From NCBI GenBank assembly GCA_033764315.1, contig JANRJA010000219.1, forward strand, positions 1 to 41,834: 41,834 nucleotides of DNA, in the 5' to 3' direction. A model generated the notes under the pieces. That model did not search any database, was not told the origin of the DNA, and saw only the letters and a program-made list of their open reading frames with translations. Each line of letters starts with the position of its first letter. The first letter of the stretch is position 1. The stretch comes from Oculatellaceae cyanobacterium bins.114 (GTDB lineage: Bacteria; Cyanobacteriota; Cyanobacteriia; Elainellales; Elainellaceae). Both the position numbers and the translations under genes were made by a program. This document shows, in pieces, positions 20,330 through 29,581 of the stretch.

Positions 20330-23125
20330 ATGCCTTTTCCCTCAAAGTTGCGCCCAGTTTTACTCGTGGGTCTGTTCTTCAGCATTCTATTGGGTATTGT
20401 GCTGATATCTCCTAGCAAACCAACCATCGCACTACCCGCTGACCAAGCGATGACTGAGCTATCCGTGACTCAGGGCACCCAAAAGACCGTTCTCAGCAAT
20501 GGCTTAACGGTGCTAACCAAAGAAATCCATACAGCACCCGTAGTTAGTGTGCAGATCTGGTATCGAGTTGGATCACGCAATGAACCGAGCGGACAAAACG
20601 GCATTTCTCATCAGCTAGAGCACTTGATGTTTAAAGGCACAAGCGATCGCCCCATTCAGTTTGGTCGCTTGTTTAGTGCTTTAGGCAGCCAATCCAACGC
20701 GTTTACCAGTTACGACGAAACCGCCTATTATGGCACCGTTGAGAAAGAGAAGCTAGAGGCACTGCTCACGCTAGAAGCCGATCGCATGAAGCAAGCCACG
20801 ATTGGGGAGAGCCAACTCGCCAGCGAAAAACGAGTGGTGATCTCAGAGCTACAGGGCTACGAAAACAACCCCCGCTATCGTCTTGAACGAGAGGTCATGC
20901 GAGCAGCATTTCCCGATCGCCCCTATGGGTTGCCCGTAGGAGGAACTCGCGCCGACGTGCAAAATTTTACGCTAGAGCAAGTTCGGAGCTATTACCAACG
21001 CTATTACAGCCCTGAAAATGCTGTTTTGGTCGTGACCGGCGATTTCACTACAGAGCCCACTCTACAACGCATTCGTGAGATTTTTGAGCCGATCCCCCAG
21101 GGTTCAACGACTCCCACAGCTGCAACCGCTCCTAGAGTCGCTCCGAGCAGTCACCCCGCCCCTACCGTCACTCGTCAACCTGTGGTGTTGCGAGAACCAG
21201 GCACGACGGCTCTCATCCATATGATTTATCCTCTACCCGAAATAACGCACCCCGATGTCACTGCCATTGATTTGATGGACATGATCTTGACTGGAGGACG
21301 CAGTGCCCGTCTCTATCAGTCGCTGGTGGAATCGGGTTTGGCTAGTTCGGTTGGGGCTTATCCGGCAGAAATGATTGAGCCAGGATGGTATGAAATTACG
21401 GCGATCGCTGCCCCCAACAAGGAACTCTCTCAACTGGCACAAGTCCTTCAACAATCGCTGACTGAGTTGCAACAACAGCTCGTGACAACCGAGGAGTTAA
21501 ACCGAGCCAAAACGCAACTGCGGGCTTTGTTTATTCTCAACAACCAAGACATTACCAGTCAGGCGATGCAACTGGCGTATAACCAGATCGTTACGGGTGA
21601 TTATCAGTTTAGCGATCGCTATTTAGCGGCTCTTGAGAGCGTCACCCCAGAAGACATTCAGCGGGTTGCCCGCACCTACCTTGACCCTGCCAAACAGACA
21701 ATCGGCTTCTTTGAACCCACCTTGGCGAATGGGCAACCTGGAACATCGTCTAACGGTAACTCTGGGCGCACCGTCGAAAACTTCAGTGCTGGCCCTCCGG
21801 TAGATCCGGCTGAGGTCGCTCGCTATCTGCCACCTATCACATCTAGCACTGACACAACCCCACAACCCCTACCCGAAAAAGTCACCCTTCCCAACGGATT
21901 GCGAGTGTTGTTATTTCCCGATCCCAGTACTCCAACCATCAACTTAAGTGGGTGGGTGCAAGCGGGAACCGTGTTGGACCTCGACTATGAACCAGGGACT
22001 GCCAGTTTGACAGCCGCCAACCTGATGAATGGAACGCAGACTAAAACGGCGTTAGAGATTGCCCAAGCTTTAGAAGATCAGGGAGCCAACCTGTCTTTTG
22101 AGGCAAATCGCGAAGGAGTGAGCATTGAGGCAAGTGCTCTATCAACCAGCCTACCTACTGTGATCGAAACGCTGGCAGACGTGTTGCAACAAGCAACGTT
22201 TCCCGCCGATCAATTGGAGTTGAGTCGTCAGCGTGCCCTGGTTCGCTTGCGACTAGAGTTAGACGATCCCCAACAGTTGGGCTGGCGGCTCTTCCGGCAA
22301 GCAGTCTATCCGGCCAACCATCCCTTCCATAGCTTCCCAACCGAAGAGAGCCTGACCCGCATCAATCAAGCCAATATCGAGCAGTTTTATCGGGAGAATT
22401 ATCGTCCAGACTCAACGGTTCTGGCACTCGTGGGCAATTTTGACCCCGCTACTGTGCGTCAGTTGTTAGAGCAGAACTTTGACAATTGGCAAGTTCAGGG
22501 TAGACAACCGAGCCTGCGATTTCCATCTGTGTCACTGCCGCGATCGCAAACTCGACTCAACCAAGCCATGACCGGAAAGTCAGAAGCTGTCACCTTCATG
22601 GGCTATAACGGCATTTCTCGGCGTGACCCTCGGTTTTATGCGGCGATTGTGATGAACCAGATTTTGGGAGGCGACACGTTAGCCAGTCGCTTAGGCACCG
22701 AGATTCGCGATCGCCAAGGCTTGACCTATGGCATCTACAGCTATTTTGTAGCTGGGGTAAATGCAGGTCCATTCTCTATCTCGATGCAAACCTCTCCCAC
22801 CGACGCCAATCAAGCGATCGACAGCACGGTTGCACTGTTGCAACAACTGCGAGAGCACGGCATTACTGCCGAAGAGCTGAGTGCCGCCCAGCGATCGATC
22901 ACCAACAGCTATCCGGTTGATTTGGCGAGTCCGAGCAGCATTGCCTCTGAGATCTTGATGAACGAGGTGTATGGCTTAAGTCAAGATGAGCTTCGCCAGT
23001 TTCCCAGTCGCATCAAAGCTGTGACGTTAGAACAGGTGCAACAAGTGATTCGGGAGCTAATTCATCCTGACAATTTGGTCATTGTCACGGCTGGGCCAGG
23101 AGACGTCACATCAAGTAGTCACTAA
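20330..23125 (+). CDS. M16 family (insulinase/PqqL-like) zinc peptidase with signal peptide
   Basis: HQLEH inverted zinc motif, NAFTS, two-lobed architecture, SRL..EIRDRQGLTYGIYS. Confidence 0.93.
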   Translation: MPFPSKLRPVLLVGLFFSILLGIVLISPSKPTIALPADQAMTELSVTQGTQKTVLSNGLTVLTKEIHTAPVVSVQIWYRVGSRNEPSGQNGISHQLEHLMFKGTSDRPIQFGRLFSALGSQSNAFTSYDETAYYGTVEKEKLEALLTLEADRMKQATIGESQLASEKRVVISELQGYENNPRYRLEREVMRAAFPDRPYGLPVGGTRADVQNFTLEQVRSYYQRYYSPENAVLVVTGDFTTEPTLQRIREIFEPIPQGSTTPTAATAPRVAPSSHPAPTVTRQPVVLREPGTTALIHMIYPLPEITHPDVTAIDLMDMILTGGRSARLYQSLVESGLASSVGAYPAEMIEPGWYEITAIAAPNKELSQLAQVLQQSLTELQQQLVTTEELNRAKTQLRALFILNNQDITSQAMQLAYNQIVTGDYQFSDRYLAALESVTPEDIQRVARTYLDPAKQTIGFFEPTLANGQPGTSSNGNSGRTVENFSAGPPVDPAEVARYLPPITSSTDTTPQPLPEKVTLPNGLRVLLFPDPSTPTINLSGWVQAGTVLDLDYEPGTASLTAANLMNGTQTKTALEIAQALEDQGANLSFEANREGVSIEASALSTSLPTVIETLADVLQQATFPADQLELSRQRALVRLRLELDDPQQLGWRLFRQAVYPANHPFHSFPTEESLTRINQANIEQFYRENYRPDSTVLALVGNFDPATVRQLLEQNFDNWQVQGRQPSLRFPSVSLPRSQTRLNQAMTGKSEAVTFMGYNGISRRDPRFYAAIVMNQILGGDTLASRLGTEIRDRQGLTYGIYSYFVAGVNAGPFSISMQTSPTDANQAIDSTVALLQQLREHGITAEELSAAQRSITNSYPVDLASPSSIASEILMNEVYGLSQDELRQFPSRIKAVTLEQVQQVIRELIHPDNLVIVTAGPGDVTSSSH

Positions 23126-23146
23126 ACGGCACATCTGGTAAGACGT

Positions 23147-23641
23147 ATGGGTGTGGTGAACTCCATTGATTCTGAACAAATTCAATATGCGGTTCATCCA
23201 CCCAGTGCTTACGTTTCAACCCATTTGAGACAGTTGTTACCCGATTGGTCAGTGGCAGCATCTTCTATGGTGCTCGTGTTGCAGCGGAGTCAGTGCACCT
23301 TGTTTGATCGCACGCCCCAAACCGAAGCAGACAAAGACCGATTGCGAAACCAGTTTTTAGCGTTAGGGCTGCGTCTTGCCACTGCACTCAATGACAGTGG
23401 ATATGCCGCAGAGGTTTTTGATCCTAAAACGGGGTTCCCAATCTTGTCATCACCAGGGTCGTTGATGTTAGATGATGTGGCGATCGCTCGAACGGTTTTG
23501 GGCTATGCCAGTCTCAATCATGGCGACTGCTCTATCTTGCTTCACCCAACCTGGGGTAGTGCAGTCTATCCTTCAACACTCATTTCTTCCGCACCCTGTT
23601 ATGTGTTAGCGGAGATCGTCAATCGGTGTGTAGAGGAATAA
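23147..23641 (+). CDS. MMADHC/CblD-like (methylmalonic aciduria and homocystinuria type D) protein
   Basis: DPKTGFP, GDCSILLHPTWGSAVYPSTLISSAP resemble this family (recalled, not searched). Confidence 0.7.
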   Translation: MGVVNSIDSEQIQYAVHPPSAYVSTHLRQLLPDWSVAASSMVLVLQRSQCTLFDRTPQTEADKDRLRNQFLALGLRLATALNDSGYAAEVFDPKTGFPILSSPGSLMLDDVAIARTVLGYASLNHGDCSILLHPTWGSAVYPSTLISSAPCYVLAEIVNRCVEE

Positions 23642-23682
23642 TTGTGGGCATTCGAGTCAAATCAGGTTTATGCCATGCTCTC

Positions 23683-26600
23683 TTAAAATGGCACGTCATC
23701 GTCTGGGTCACCTCCAATAATAGGTGGCTCTGGTAAGGAACCGTTACCCTCTCCACGGGTGGCACTTCCACCGTCGAGATTGACAATTTGACCATTAAAC
23801 ATTTGTGCAAAGCTCTTGGCTGCCTTGGCAACATCATCTTCGTCTTGCCATGCGACTGGATGGCTAGAAGCCATATCCACCGGGGCAAGTGCAGGAGCCG
23901 AAGCCGCTGGAGCAGGCGATCCACCCGGCATTCTTTGACTCGCATCTGGTTGATGAGAGGCTGAATGACGGGTTGGTGAATTGTTAGAGGCTGAATTGCT
24001 AGAGGCTGAATTGCTAGAGGCTGAATGATCGGTCGCTGGGTAACTGGGAGAAGGAGGTGATTTGGCGATCGGCTTGGTTTCTGAGGGTTGAGGTCTAGCC
24101 GCAGGAGCCGCTGAGGGTTCAGCTTGTGTCTCTATTGTTCCTGCTGCCATCACCGCTAGGCTGACTTTAATTTTGCGATCGAGCACTTTTTGAAACGCTT
24201 CTTCTACATCAGGCAATTTGCTCTGAGCAATTTTGAACAGGTTTTGACTGCTGATGCCGATTTCAGCTTGATACTCCTTTAAAGCCAATAGCCGTCCGTG
24301 ATCTTTAAGCAGAGCCTTGCTGAGGGGATGCAAATGCTCAATGATTTGTTGCCAGATGTGCTGCAAATCAGGAGCAAAACTGGGAACTGGAGTCGTCTCA
24401 ACGGGTTGGGCTTGGTCAGGGGGTTCAGCGGCAAGGCTCTCTGCTTCAACCGTTTTAGCCACAAACCCTTGACCGTTGGTCATACTTGACTCAGACTGCG
24501 ATGGCTGAGGGGTTGGAGTGGGCGGTTGAGGACGCGGACTGGGTGCAGGAGAAGCGGTAGGTGCAGGCTGACTGACAGGGGGTGGAGCTTGGCGGGTAGA
24601 AGTTGGGGATTGGGACGGGCTGCGGATTGATATTGCCTGCTCTGGAGCCGCCGTGGCGATCGCCGATGGCAACAATCCCATTAACGTTACTTCTAACCAC
24701 AATCGCGGCTGACTGGTATTCTTAATCTGCGCTTCACTGCTGCGTAAATGCTTTTGCCCTGCCAAAATCCAGGGGATATCTACCGACTGCACAAAAGCAC
24801 ACATCTTAGTCCAGGTCGAAGCAGTAATTGCCACAAGATCTTGGCGATCGGGTGCCGTTTTGGCAATCAGCAAATCTCGATAAAAGCTGGCGAGGTTTTG
24901 CAGCACAATCAACGGCTCCCGTCCTCGATCCATCAAATGGCGGGTTTTGTCGATCACTGCCGTAGGAGCATCCTGGGCGATCGCCACGGCTAGTTCTAAT
25001 AACTCTCGCTCTGGGACTGCCCCGACCAGATCCCAAACTCGCTCAACCGTGATCTCTCCCTCTAACAAGCTCAGCTGATCGAGCAAACTCTCCGCATCCC
25101 GCAATCCTCCCTGTGCGATTTGCGCCACCAGTTGAGTTGCTTCAGGGGCGATCGCGATCGCCTCTTTTTGAGCAATCATTCCTAAATGCTGCACCATGTC
25201 TTGTAAGTCAATGCGCCGAAAGTCAAACCGTTGACAACGCGAAATGATCGTGGGCAAAACTTTCTGTGGGTCAGTTGTGGCGAGAACAAACACAACGCGA
25301 TCGGGCGGTTCCTCCAGGGTTTTGAGCAGAGCATTGAACGCTGCCGTACTTAACATGTGGCAGTTATGGACTAATAGCCCATTAGCCACAAAATTATGGT
25401 TGTCTTCTACTTCAATGTCATAAACCTGTTCAACTCCAGCGAGGTGAACAGATTTGACCGTCTCCAAATTTGTATTCCATTGAGGGAATGGAATAGGGTT
25501 CGAGGTCTGACAGCCATTTTCGTGAGGCGTTTGCTCCCATTCGGAGATAGTAATAGGTCTTTTGTTTAGCGGCTCGAATGTAGGAGTTAGCTGTGGTTGC
25601 ATAACCCATTGACGTAAGCCAATCAGCCATGAGTTGATTTTCTGCCAAAGAATATCCCTCAGTGTGGAATTGGATTTGATGGCTGCCTTGAGGGCTAAGG
25701 TAAAGGGAGCCGTCATCCATGTACCACCAAGCCAGTCCTTCGGGCGTAATTTGTTTAAGCCAATCGAGAGAAACGTATTTCTGTTTCCCGTTGGGTTTGA
25801 CGGTGTCAAAGATTTCTGCCAACTGTGGATGGCAAGCCGTGTTACCACAAACTGATCGTTCTCCATAACCAGCGTTTGAGGTTGCTCTAAAGGTTGGCCG
25901 CAGGTCTGAGAGCCGCTGTGCCTTGTACTCCAACCACTCCTGTTGCGCTGCTCCGTGAGTCCACGCCAACCTTGGAAATCGACTATGTGAGTTGGGGTAG
26001 CCAATGGAACAGTCGCCCAACAGGGTTCCGTAGATAAGTCCCCGTATTTCTGGTGATAGATATTCTGACTCTGCAATAAATTTGGTCGTTCTAAGTTCCC
26101 AGATGCCGTGATTTTTTTGGTAAGGATGTCGTTTCCAATACGATTGAATGCTGCCGATGCCGCGTCCTTTGCGCCGCAAAAAATTTGGGATATCCAGTTT
26201 TTCATGACATCCACAAGCACATAGCAGGCGGAGCGGCTCAGCTTGCTCCAAAATGCTGTCCACACAATAATCTCTTTGCCCGTAGGAATTGCCTTTAAAC
26301 TGGTGCCCTCTGGCAAAGCGGCGAACCCGTCCATCCGTTCCAAATTTAAAGATGGGGGTGCCACATCCACACTCACAGGGGATAGTATCCTCACTCCTTC
26401 TTTGACGTCTTTGACGGCTATCCATCCCTGTTCAGTCCTGATTAGATGGTTCCCTGTACAACAAATCTCACGATTCTCCGTTTTAATGACGTAAGTTTGC
26501 CGCCTCCCCTGGTCTAGCCAGCGAACAACTGGCTTAAACTCCCACTGGTTAGTAGCATCGTTGTAGCTCAAAACTTTTCTGGCTTGAATAGCAGGATCAT

Positions 26601-27039
26601 CGATGCGACACAATCCTTGATCTGTCAGTACTAGGGCATCGCCTGTTAAGCATTCGTCCACCACATAAACTTTATAGCGACACTGCACGGGGGCAAACTG
26701 CGATCGCTCAATCAGTTCCCGAATGTTATCAACCCCGGTGTTGCTGGCAGCGTCAATCTCAATCACATCTAAAGCAGAGCCGTTGGCGATCGCCCGACAT
26801 ACCTCACAGATGCCACAAGGCTGTGCCGTGGGAACATCTCCACTCTGGCAGTTTAAAGACTTGGCAAAAATTCGCGCACTGGAGGTTTTGCCGGTACCCC
26901 GTGCTCCTGTAAACAGATAGGCAGGCGCAATCCGTTGCTGTTGCAGGGCATTGGTCAGGGTTTGCGCGATCGCTCCCTGCCCCACTAGCTCAGCAAACGT
27001 TTGAGGACGATATTTGTGGTGAAGCGGTTCGTACGGCAT
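23683..27039 (-). CDS. dnaX: DNA polymerase III subunit gamma/tau, intein-containing precursor (1118 aa; 688 aa after splicing)
   Basis: MPYEPLHHKYRPQTF start (ATG at 27039, GGAG upstream), GARGTGKTS, Zn module, EIDAASNTGVD, DE|CHML, NALLKTLEEPP, SRCQRFDF; ends DDDVPF. Confidence 0.97.
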   Translation of the reverse strand: MPYEPLHHKYRPQTFAELVGQGAIAQTLTNALQQQRIAPAYLFTGARGTGKTSSARIFAKSLNCQSGDVPTAQPCGICEVCRAIANGSALDVIEIDAASNTGVDNIRELIERSQFAPVQCRYKVYVVDECLTGDALVLTDQGLCRIDDPAIQARKVLSYNDATNQWEFKPVVRWLDQGRRQTYVIKTENREICCTGNHLIRTEQGWIAVKDVKEGVRILSPVSVDVAPPSLNLERMDGFAALPEGTSLKAIPTGKEIIVWTAFWSKLSRSACYVLVDVMKNWISQIFCGAKDAASAAFNRIGNDILTKKITASGNLERPNLLQSQNIYHQKYGDLSTEPCWATVPLATPTHIVDFQGWRGLTEQRNRSGWSTRHSGSQTCGQPLEQPQTLVMENDQFVVTRLAIHSWQKSLTPSNPTGNRNTFLSIGLNKLRPKDWLGGTWMTAPFTLALKAAIKSNSTLRDILWQKINSWLIGLRQWVMQPQLTPTFEPLNKRPITISEWEQTPHENGCQTSNPIPFPQWNTNLETVKSVHLAGVEQVYDIEVEDNHNFVANGLLVHNCHMLSTAAFNALLKTLEEPPDRVVFVLATTDPQKVLPTIISRCQRFDFRRIDLQDMVQHLGMIAQKEAIAIAPEATQLVAQIAQGGLRDAESLLDQLSLLEGEITVERVWDLVGAVPERELLELAVAIAQDAPTAVIDKTRHLMDRGREPLIVLQNLASFYRDLLIAKTAPDRQDLVAITASTWTKMCAFVQSVDIPWILAGQKHLRSSEAQIKNTSQPRLWLEVTLMGLLPSAIATAAPEQAISIRSPSQSPTSTRQAPPPVSQPAPTASPAPSPRPQPPTPTPQPSQSESSMTNGQGFVAKTVEAESLAAEPPDQAQPVETTPVPSFAPDLQHIWQQIIEHLHPLSKALLKDHGRLLALKEYQAEIGISSQNLFKIAQSKLPDVEEAFQKVLDRKIKVSLAVMAAGTIETQAEPSAAPAARPQPSETKPIAKSPPSPSYPATDHSASSNSASSNSASNNSPTRHSASHQPDASQRMPGGSPAPAASAPALAPVDMASSHPVAWQDEDDVAKAAKSFAQMFNGQIVNLDGGSATRGEGNGSLPEPPIIGGDPDDDVPF
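23978..24026 (+). repeat. 15-bp tandem repeat in the dnaX low-complexity linker (SASSN x3)
   Basis: (TAGAGGCTGAATTGC) about 3 copies. Confidence 0.85.
25363..26652 (-). mobile_element. DnaX intein, 430 aa, inserted in Walker B (VVDE / CHML)
   Basis: Begins CLTGDALV (block A), has TGNH (block B), ends VYDIEVEDNHNFVANGLLVHN with Cys+1. Removal restores DECHML. Confidence 0.96.
25430..26425 (-). CDS. LAGLIDADG homing endonuclease encoded in the -1 frame inside the dnaX intein
   Basis: 331-aa ORF with ATG; two LAGLIDADG motifs (IYGTLLGDCSI, LAWWYMDDGSL); N-terminal CECGCG and CACGC repeats; C-terminal PSMEYKF. Confidence 0.9.
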   Translation of the reverse strand: MDSRQRRQRRSEDTIPCECGCGTPIFKFGTDGRVRRFARGHQFKGNSYGQRDYCVDSILEQAEPLRLLCACGCHEKLDIPNFLRRKGRGIGSIQSYWKRHPYQKNHGIWELRTTKFIAESEYLSPEIRGLIYGTLLGDCSIGYPNSHSRFPRLAWTHGAAQQEWLEYKAQRLSDLRPTFRATSNAGYGERSVCGNTACHPQLAEIFDTVKPNGKQKYVSLDWLKQITPEGLAWWYMDDGSLYLSPQGSHQIQFHTEGYSLAENQLMADWLTSMGYATTANSYIRAAKQKTYYYLRMGANASRKWLSDLEPYSIPSMEYKFGDGQICSPRWS

Positions 27040-27340
27040 GGGTTTACTCCTATCCTCTAGGGTAAGCGATCGCCAACCAGGATCTGTCTCATGACAGAAC
27101 AAAGCAATAGGATTTTTGAGTCTCGAATACAATAGAGTGATAAGAAAAAAGAAGAGAGAAAAAAGAGACTGACTCCAGCACGACTAACGGCTGACCCAAT
27201 GTGCAATTTGCCGAGCGTACGACAAAAAGGGAGTCAAGGTAATCAGGCGTCCCCCTCTCTCTTCGTTTATTGCTTTCTTTTCCTCTCATCCTTTAGCCTT
27301 TTTCCTCTCTCTTCTTTTTTCCTTCTTCTTTTTTCCTCCT

Positions 27341-28078
27341 ATGGACAGCATGAACGACATTACTATTCAGGCGTTTTCACTAGCGCAGTTAGTGTTAGAC
27401 ACGTTGCTGCCAGATGACCTAGAGCAAGAGGTGCGTCAGGTGGGGCAGGTGCTGACAGAGCAAGAGTCTGAGGCCGTGACCTGCATCCACCACTTAGTAG
27501 ACCATCATGGCTGTCTTCGCAAACCCTATGAAGTGGTTTACGGCAATTTGCAAGACCATCGTCAACGCTTACAACAAGTCAACTTCAACATTCAAGATAT
27601 TAGCCGTTCTGTAGCACCCCATTGGAAACCCGTCGCGGCTTCCCTGTTGCTGGCCGATAATCCCCGTGAAACGGCTCGATTAGTCACCAAAAAAATGTTG
27701 GCTCAAGTTGATTTTCGCGGAACCTTGAATGGGTTACATGCCTTTTGGTCAACCTTGGTTCAAATCGTGCAAGATTTAGAGTTTCAGGAAACCGCTATTT
27801 TGCGATCGCTGATTCGCCATCCGATGACGATTGAAGACTTGAGCCATACTCTGGGAATGCCGCTCGATCATGTGCAGGCGATCGTGGCTTCTCTCTGGGC
27901 CGCAGGGGCGATCGATGTTACTAGAGGCAACTTACTACACCGACTGTTGCCAACACGCAAGCCTGAATCACAGCTTAAAAAAGAAATTGACCCGGGTGAT
28001 TACTTTACGATGACGATGCGAGGACACTTTCGCCTGCGCCCTCTGGTTAAACTGGCGGAGCCTCAAGGGGTAATTTAA
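27341..28078 (+). CDS. Hypothetical protein with C-terminal winged-helix-like segment
   Basis: 245-aa ORF; ETAILRSL..HPMTIEDLSHTLGMPLDHVQAIVASLW..GAI resembles a wHTH. Confidence 0.65.
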   Translation: MDSMNDITIQAFSLAQLVLDTLLPDDLEQEVRQVGQVLTEQESEAVTCIHHLVDHHGCLRKPYEVVYGNLQDHRQRLQQVNFNIQDISRSVAPHWKPVAASLLLADNPRETARLVTKKMLAQVDFRGTLNGLHAFWSTLVQIVQDLEFQETAILRSLIRHPMTIEDLSHTLGMPLDHVQAIVASLWAAGAIDVTRGNLLHRLLPTRKPESQLKKEIDPGDYFTMTMRGHFRLRPLVKLAEPQGVI

Positions 28079-28782
28079 TGACCTGGCTAGTCGATTGGCT
28101 TCCCTGGATGTCTATAGCCATCATTCCAGGACTCGTAAACACGGTCGTTGCCTTTGGTGAACTCAACGAGCGGTGCAAAGAGCTTCCTTTTTTTGAACCC
28201 TACAAAATTCCGGGAGTGTGGCTGTGGGCCGTGATCGAGTTTTCGTTGCCCGTCGGCATCTTTTTGATTCGAGCCTCGTTGCTGACAAAACCTGCGATCG
28301 ATGCATGGCTGTTGTTTGATGCGGTGCTAATTTATGGCATTGGCTTTACGGCTCTGCTCAACGCCAAGATCAAACTCGGCTCTGGTTTCTACGACATCAA
28401 ATCACTCTATGACGCATTGGTCGGTGTCGCATACGGCATGATCGAAAACAACCAAAAACGCCGAGCCGCCGCCTTTTGGACGGATGTTGAAACAGAACTC
28501 AATGGCTTGCCTGACCTCACCTCTGGGTTGACCTATCTCGCCAACTACTTTGCGATCGAGGTCAAAAACCCCCAACCCGAAAAGAACTACGATCGGCGAC
28601 TGGCAGATGCCGCTACCCTGACACCGCGATCGGAGCAAACGAAAGCGATTCGCACGCTATTGATGGATGTCAATCGCCGCGACCTGATCGATATATTGCA
28701 GCGATTTGGTTGCCCCAATAACTTGTTGCAAACCTATTTCCCTCGTCGCTTTGACCGTTTCATCAAAAGTAAAATAACTTAA
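28078..28782 (+). CDS. Hypothetical membrane protein (about 3 N-terminal TM helices + soluble helical domain)
   Basis: 234-aa ORF translationally coupled to the upstream gene via TAATG; three hydrophobic stretches in the first ~100 aa. Confidence 0.7.
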   Translation: MTWLVDWLPWMSIAIIPGLVNTVVAFGELNERCKELPFFEPYKIPGVWLWAVIEFSLPVGIFLIRASLLTKPAIDAWLLFDAVLIYGIGFTALLNAKIKLGSGFYDIKSLYDALVGVAYGMIENNQKRRAAAFWTDVETELNGLPDLTSGLTYLANYFAIEVKNPQPEKNYDRRLADAATLTPRSEQTKAIRTLLMDVNRRDLIDILQRFGCPNNLLQTYFPRRFDRFIKSKIT

Positions 28783-28883
28783 TTAGATCGTCAATTGCTT
28801 AACGAGCGAGAAGTGAGAATAGATGACAGTTATTAAGTCATTCGGCTAGAGTGTAGCAAACGCTTCTATTCTCAGTTTTAGCC

Positions 28884-29489
28884 ATGATTATTGACTGTAA
28901 TGGATTACTCTTTCAACCCTGGATTGGAACTCAATATGGCGAGCAAAGCCTGTTTCAAATTCCAGTGTTAGTAGTTGGAGAATCTAATTATGGTGAGTCT
29001 CGTGGCAGTCGTGAAGAAGACGCAAAGTTTACACATCAACTAATAGAAAACTTTATTAGCCGAACCTGGAATTTGCGTTTTTTCAACAATATCCAACGAT
29101 GTTTTGTTGAAGAGGCTTACTCAATTGAATCAAGACAAAAATTTTGGAGTTCTATTGCATTCTATGATTACATCCAGGCTTGGCTTCCCAGTCATAGTAT
29201 GCCACCTACTGAAGAAATGTGGACTCAGGCAAAACCTGTTTTTGACAGCTTAATTTCACAATTAAAACCCCAATGTGTTCTATTTGTTTGTAAGCGTTTG
29301 TATTATCGTGTAGCTTGCCATTATCCTGCCGAAACGTCTTTTTTAGTTGATGGAATTAAACACGATGCTTGCTTGATCAACGGTGTTCTATCAACCTCTA
29401 TTCGACACCCTTCTCGAAATGGCTTTAGAAACTCTAGAAGTTGTGTTCGCACTTTGTTGAAAACTGTCAATGGAACGACTTGGGTGTAG
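28884..29489 (+). CDS. Uracil-DNA-glycosylase-superfamily-like protein
   Basis: F.PWIG..Y, VLVVGESNY (motif A-like), FW..IAFYDY, LKPQCVLFV, IRHPS (motif B-like); AT-rich DNA. Confidence 0.6.
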   Translation: MIIDCNGLLFQPWIGTQYGEQSLFQIPVLVVGESNYGESRGSREEDAKFTHQLIENFISRTWNLRFFNNIQRCFVEEAYSIESRQKFWSSIAFYDYIQAWLPSHSMPPTEEMWTQAKPVFDSLISQLKPQCVLFVCKRLYYRVACHYPAETSFLVDGIKHDACLINGVLSTSIRHPSRNGFRNSRSCVRTLLKTVNGTTWV

Positions 29490-29533
29490 AGACTTTTGAG
29501 GGCGATCGCCCCCTTAGCCCCCAAAAACACCCA

Positions 29534-29539
29534 TATAAT
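29534..29539 (+). promoter_or_regulatory. Candidate -10 box for the TIR-GUN4 gene
   Basis: Perfect TATAAT about 42 nt upstream of GTG at 29582. Confidence 0.4.
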
Positions 29540-29581
29540 AGGTGCAAGCAGAATTTAGCTTTACTGAAAGAGACTTGTATC

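Noticed and set aside
29441-29581. N-terminal extension of TIR-GUN4 overlapping the UDG-like gene
   Set aside because: Not protein-like; TATAAT at 29534 and GTG at 29582 just before the TIR domain fit better
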